Assembly (NCBI GenBank): GCA_012295275.1
Contig: CM022679.1
Coordinates: forward strand, 8,184,001 to 8,248,000
Origin: Chrysomallon squamiferum
Taxonomy: Eukaryota > Animalia > Mollusca
Reading direction: 5' to 3'
DNA: 64,000 bases
Shown: piece after piece, positions 59,401 to 64,000 of the stretch
Layout of the letters: each line of letters opens with the position of its first letter
Numbering within the stretch: the stretch's first letter is position 1
Translations under genes and position numbers: made by a program
The notes under the pieces: generated by a model
What the model saw: only the letters and a program-made list of their open reading frames with translations
What the model was told of the DNA's origin: nothing
Databases searched by the model: none

Positions 59401-61994
59401 GTGTGTGTGTGTGAATTTATGTATCAGGTTGTAAATCTTGGTTTGATTCTATTTAAAAATAAAAATTGTAAAATTAAATGAAATGTTATTTGATGGTTCA
59501 GGCTAGAACAGGATTTGGCAGAGGAGTCTCAGCAGGCTCTGCGTAACCTGGTGTTACTGGTCGGATCACTGACAACGTGCGGCTTCACAGAGTTAAGACC
59601 CACACCAGCCAGCACAGGCTCTCTCTTTCAGCTGCCCGGATTCATCACCCCACAGCCTGCAGGGAAAGGTAATGTCACAGACTCACTTTTATATACCATA
59701 GGGAAAGAAGATATCTTTGTTTTTACTTCTTTTTGTTTGAAGTCAAAACCATTTGTTGGTTTTGTGTCAAACTGATTTAAATAGAGGTTAAAAAACAAAA
59801 AAGACAAATATCCTGAGAGTTTTGAAAATGATTTTATTTCAAAATTCGTTACACAGTTTCACAGTTTGTTAGTGTCTGAACAGCCTTAAAATTTAGAATG
59901 ATAAAAATATGTTTCATGTCATTTTTGGATTATAGAGGTTTATTAAAATTTAAAAAAACAAAGAAATTAAAAAAAAAAAAATAAATTAATAAATTATATA
60001 AAAAAACGTTCCTTTTCCTTTTAGAAATTGACTCGATAACTCATTTATAAAATAACTGTAAATGATAAAAAATATTATGGTAAGTAATTATTATACAAGA
60101 AGTTTTTTGTGCCATCTTTGATTAGTCTTATTCCAAACTGGTTAGAATTAAAATATCTATTGTAGAAATTTTCAGTTTAGCTTTGAGCTTCAAAACCTAA
60201 TACATATTTCAGGTGAGTTGAAAAACAGTTAAAGAAAGATAAGTAATGAAATAGTGTTATGTCTTTAACTTAACATTTTTCAATAACATGACCATTTAAA
60301 CCCTGTCAACAAATAATTTCATAAATTATGCTTTTACAATTGCTATTTTCTGTTCAGTTTTTCTTAGTCTTTTTTAATTTTTTTTTTTTTATCTATTTGT
60401 TTCTGTTTTATTTTCTACAGATATTTCATTTGTTATTTTGTTTCTGTTTTATTTTCTACAGATATTTCATTTGTTATTTTGTTTCTGATTTTATTGCACT
60501 TTTGATTTTCATTCTGTTAACTTTAATTATGTGTTTTTTCAGCAGACGTTGTTGTGATATCAAGCGGTACTTAATGGCTGAGTACTAGCTATTTTCTGCA
60601 CAGCTTGGGTTGGCTCACTCAAACCTTAATATATATATCATTAACAGTACTAAAACAAAATAAATAAACCAAAATTAATTTATGTATAGCTTTCATTAAA
60701 TTTATTTATGCAGATAGTAAATGATGCATATAATTAAAAAAAATATATATATAATATCAATCATTTTTATTAAGCTCAGTTTATAAAAGCACCCCTAAAA
60801 CACAAAACCCTTAATAATTATTTAAATATTGTATAAAAATACATTTTATTTTATAGATTAAAATAAAAAGACAAACATCTAGCAGAAGTCAGATTATATT
60901 GATTAATTATTATGGCAGATAAATTGGTATTACAGTGAACGTTTAAAAAGGTAAAATATAAATTACAAAATCGATATTAATTATTATTATTAAATTAAGC
61001 TAAAAATAATGTAACTTCCAAATGACTTTCTGATATTGTTATCAGAAGAGTTCCCCAACAATTATTTATGAAGCTTCATCTAAAAATTCAATAAATGCAT
61101 TAAAAAACCAGTTTAATTCAATTTTAACTGCTACCTTTGTGATCCTTCTCAATAAAAACAATTTCAGAATTTAAATGCCAGAAGAAAACAAAATAATAAC
61201 AAATCTGAATTTTTTATTTAATGACTGGGTTAATCACTAATTTACTTATATCACATTTTATTTCTTACATTATTTTTCTGAATTAACATCTTTTTTTATA
61301 TTCTTGGTTTTTTTTTTTTTTTTTTGCTTTTCTTTCTTTACTCTTTTTTTTTATTTTATTCAGTGTCAATTTAGATATCTTTTCAGTTAAAACTGAAATT
61401 TAAACAATTTATTTAGATTTCTTCAAAGTATTTTGGGACTGAGCATATTAAGAAATTAATGTGGGTTATATTTGGTGAAGGTGCTTTATTTGTTTCTAGA
61501 AATAGTAGTTTTTCAAATAAATCTAGTTTAATTTTTGCTTTCATTTTTCTTTTCAATCTAAATTTCATTTTCGCCTACATTGTTTTCGTTATATAAAGCT
61601 TTGTTATTTTATCTATACTATCAGTTATTATTTAATATTAATATCTTATTTCCTTTTAATAATTTTCTTTTCTTTTATTTTCCTTTTTTTAAAAGAAAAA
61701 AATGAATATATATACACACATATTTTAAATGAAATTTTTATACTACAAGACTGCATTTTGTCTTAGCTAGTAAATCAAAATTAGTTCTGAAATATTCTTG
61801 AATTTTGTGATTTTCATTTGTTAATAATAACCACTCTTTGTTAATAATTTATTTTTTCAATAAAGTGATTATTTGAAAACATTCCAGAATGTGAATAAAA
61901 TATATAATTTATCTTATAGCAGAAAAAAATCTATTAAGGGAATATTGTAATTATATATATATGTTAAATGTTAAATGATTTATTCCAATGGAAG

Positions 61995-62026
<32 letters not shown>

Positions 62027-63673
62027 TAATAATAATAAAATTATAATAAAATAATAATAAAAATAATATAAAATAAATAATAAACATCGTGGTATCCTGA
62101 AATTTTAAATACACATAAAGTTATAAACAAAATAAAACATACAGACACATGTGTATCAGTTATTTTGGTCTTTTGTATGTAGTAAATGATTTATAAATAC
62201 TTATTATATTTATCATCGAATTACTTGTAATCTGTTAAATTATTAAATTAAGGTAATTGTATTATCATTATTTATATAAAAAAAATTATAGTTGTTTTAT
62301 TCCAGTAATATCAGTTTTGAATATGAAGATAAATAAAGGCAATCTGCTAAACTGCTTGAACAGTTTTTTATTTTCATAATGAAAACTTCTAATAATTCTG
62401 TTTGCAGGTGTGAGTGTGAGAAATCTTCATGCTTTTCAGGTTTTACAGTCAGTATTTCTAAAGGTTAGTAATTAACTGACTTTTAATCATTTTTATTCAG
62501 ACTTGATTTTATTTTATATTGAATTTAAATATTTGTATAAGACATAATTAGTTTAAATTTTTTTACTTAAATATATACATACAAGACAGTGATGGAAATT
62601 TATGTATGTATTTTTTTTAACATTAAGTACAATCAGTATGACAGGAATTAGAATTAATCTTTCAAAGTGCACACAACTACATTTTAATTGTTTTGTTATG
62701 GAACATCTAAGCATTCCAGATCCTGTGGTTTTTCTATAAAAACAGATGTGGCAGTGGATTTAGTATTATTTACAATGAATTGTTGCTTAAATTAAAACAT
62801 TTCTTATTACAACTATGGCAAATCAATGACAAACATAACTGATTCAAAAGTTATATTACTGTTAATTATTATTATTATTTTTTTTTTAAATTATTGTACA
62901 GTAATAGTAATAACAGTAATAATAATATAATAATAATAATAATAACAACAATAATAACTAATAATAATAATTAGCATTACTACTATTACTAATAATAACA
63001 ACAATAATAATCTATGATTTATAATTATAATTGATTCAGAATGTATCAGCATTATTTTAAAATGTATATATATATTCAGTATTGTCATGTGTGTGTTGTT
63101 TTCAGTCAAACAGTATTCCACTGTGCAGTACAATCCTTGACGTGATCAGCAGCATCTACCACCAAGACAACGCCAACTTCTTCATCTTAGAAACACAGCA
63201 CACACTGTCACAATTTGCTGAAAAGATATACCTCAAACCAGTTGATATTCAGGTATTTTGTTTTCATCTTCGTTTTGTCCCTGTTTCATTTCCATAGTAC
63301 TACTTCACTGCAATGTTCATGTCATATATATTTTTCTGTTTTTCCCATTGTATTTCTGTATCTCAGTAAGACCAATGTTCATGCCATACAAATATCTATT
63401 TTTTTTGTTTTTCCTTATTATATTTCTTGTTTTGTTTTTTCCAATTGTCTTTCTGTACAACAACTAGTAGATATTTCTGGGTTTTTCCATACATATTGCA
63501 TAAATCATGTAAATTCCCGAGATTACTCATATTCTTTCACTTTTTAAAATGTGTTTGGCAAATTAAAATGTATAAAAAATAACATTTGGAGGTCAGAATA
63601 CAAGATAGTTTCATTAAACTTTTTAGAAATTAGCTTTTTAATTATAACCATATATGTTAAGCCTTGTCATAAT

Positions 63674-63714
<41 letters not shown>

Positions 63715-64000
63715 TCAATATTTTTTTAAATTCAGGTGTGACAAATATATATGTGTGAGATATATCATAAACAAATTGAAAAAGAGTTACCAAATCAAAT
63801 TTACAGCAGTTTTATTATTTCAGTAAATTTGTGCTTTAACATTTCCCTGCAACCCCCCTTCCCCCCAAAAACACCTTTACCAAAATTGATTTATAATACA
63901 GATTTATATATTTTTTTTTTGTTTTTGTTTACAGGCTCGGTTCTTTGAACTCATGGAATTCATTGTATTCAACCTGAATTTTGTTCCATGTAAAGAGCTG
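56291..64000 (+). CDS. WDFY3: WD repeat and FYVE domain-containing protein 3 (ALFY/blue cheese), 3'-partial: join(56291..56482,56774..56897,57326..57600,57999..58191,58667..58853,59502..59668,62408..62463,63106..63252,63935..>64000)
   Basis: Continuous frame across GT-AG junctions; recognisable ALFY N-terminus DNALGLMHLRKLF, LMVTEIRRRASN, PSTLVKCLYLFFDLP, AEELAKKDDLSLLFSAISSWCP, SVRNLHAFQVLQ, HTLSQFAEKI, PCKEL. Confidence 0.95.
56774..56897 (+). CDS. WDFY3: WDFY3 coding exon 2
   Basis: tacag|VFENAPANEMTEKWGDILQFCSHVSKLMVTEIRRRASNQST|gtaacc. Confidence 0.94.
57326..57600 (+). CDS. WDFY3: WDFY3 coding exon 3
   Basis: ttcaag|EAASCAIVKFLE...LLQKIFVQ|gtaaat. Confidence 0.93.
57999..58191 (+). 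CDS. WDFY3: WDFY3 coding exon 4
   Basis: actag|VLVRLCNH...VVKYIH|gtacat. Confidence 0.94.
58667..58853 (+). CDS. WDFY3: WDFY3 coding exon 5
   Basis: ttcag|DKGCVRHCLENMQRVQELSPLELVEMF...YLSEFLLR|gtaggc. Confidence 0.94.
59502..59668 (+). CDS. WDFY3: WDFY3 coding exon 6
   Basis: ttcag|LEQDLAEESQQALRNL...PQPAGK|gtaatg. Confidence 0.94.
60396..60487. repeat. Perfect 41-bp tandem duplication (2.2 copies) in WDFY3 intron
   Basis: tttgtttctgttttattttctacagatatttcatttgttat x2 plus a partial copy. Confidence 0.9.
60543..60566 (+). CDS. WDFY3: Candidate 24/21-nt WDFY3 microexon ((A)DVVVISS)
   Basis: ttttttcag|cag|ACGTTGTTGTGATATCAAGCG|gtactt; NAGNAG acceptor, phase 1-1, long U-rich upstream tract. 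Confidence 0.45.
62408..62463 (+). CDS. WDFY3: WDFY3 coding exon 7
   Basis: tgcag|GVSVRNLHAFQVLQSVFLK|gttagt. Confidence 0.92.
63106..63252 (+). CDS. WDFY3: WDFY3 coding exon 8
   Basis: ttcag|SNSIPLCSTILD...KPVDIQ|gtattt. Confidence 0.93.
63935..64000 (+). CDS. WDFY3: WDFY3 coding exon 9 (partial)
   Basis: tacag|ARFFELMEFIVFNLNFVPCKEL, runs off the window. Confidence 0.92.

Overview
AT-rich, microsatellite-laden, intron-rich eukaryotic DNA, most consistent with a lophotrochozoan, probably a mollusc (inference from protein sequences, vertebrate-like exon phases and a mosaic CpG pattern). All recognisable genes are on the + strand. (1) Calcineurin A catalytic subunit: the last 14 nt of exon 1 plus 12 further exons to a stop at 17683, then a ~5.4 kb 3'UTR. 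(2) Two tandem crooked/quiver-family Ly6/uPAR three-finger GPI-anchor genes with identical exon structure (28775-33353 and 40857-45249). (3) The 5' part of WDFY3/ALFY (promoter ~55.55 kb, coding from 56291, running off the window). Most ORFs in the supplied track are microsatellite or intronic noise. The most interesting signal is a hidden layer of candidate alternative exons. In calcineurin: in-frame 9-nt and 27-nt microexons in the regulatory linker, a duplicated exon-10 acceptor, and a distal alternative last exon (23417-) that would replace the autoinhibitory domain. In the first Ly6 gene: a second signal-peptide first exon (24843-24924). In WDFY3: a 21/24-nt microexon encoding a PML-like SUMO-interacting motif (DVVVISS). 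The two Ly6 paralogs also differ sharply in CpG content, each carries a perfect Grainyhead palindrome in intron 1, and the cluster is bracketed by convergent CTCF-like motifs. All alternative exons and motifs were read by eye and need RNA-seq or comparative confirmation.
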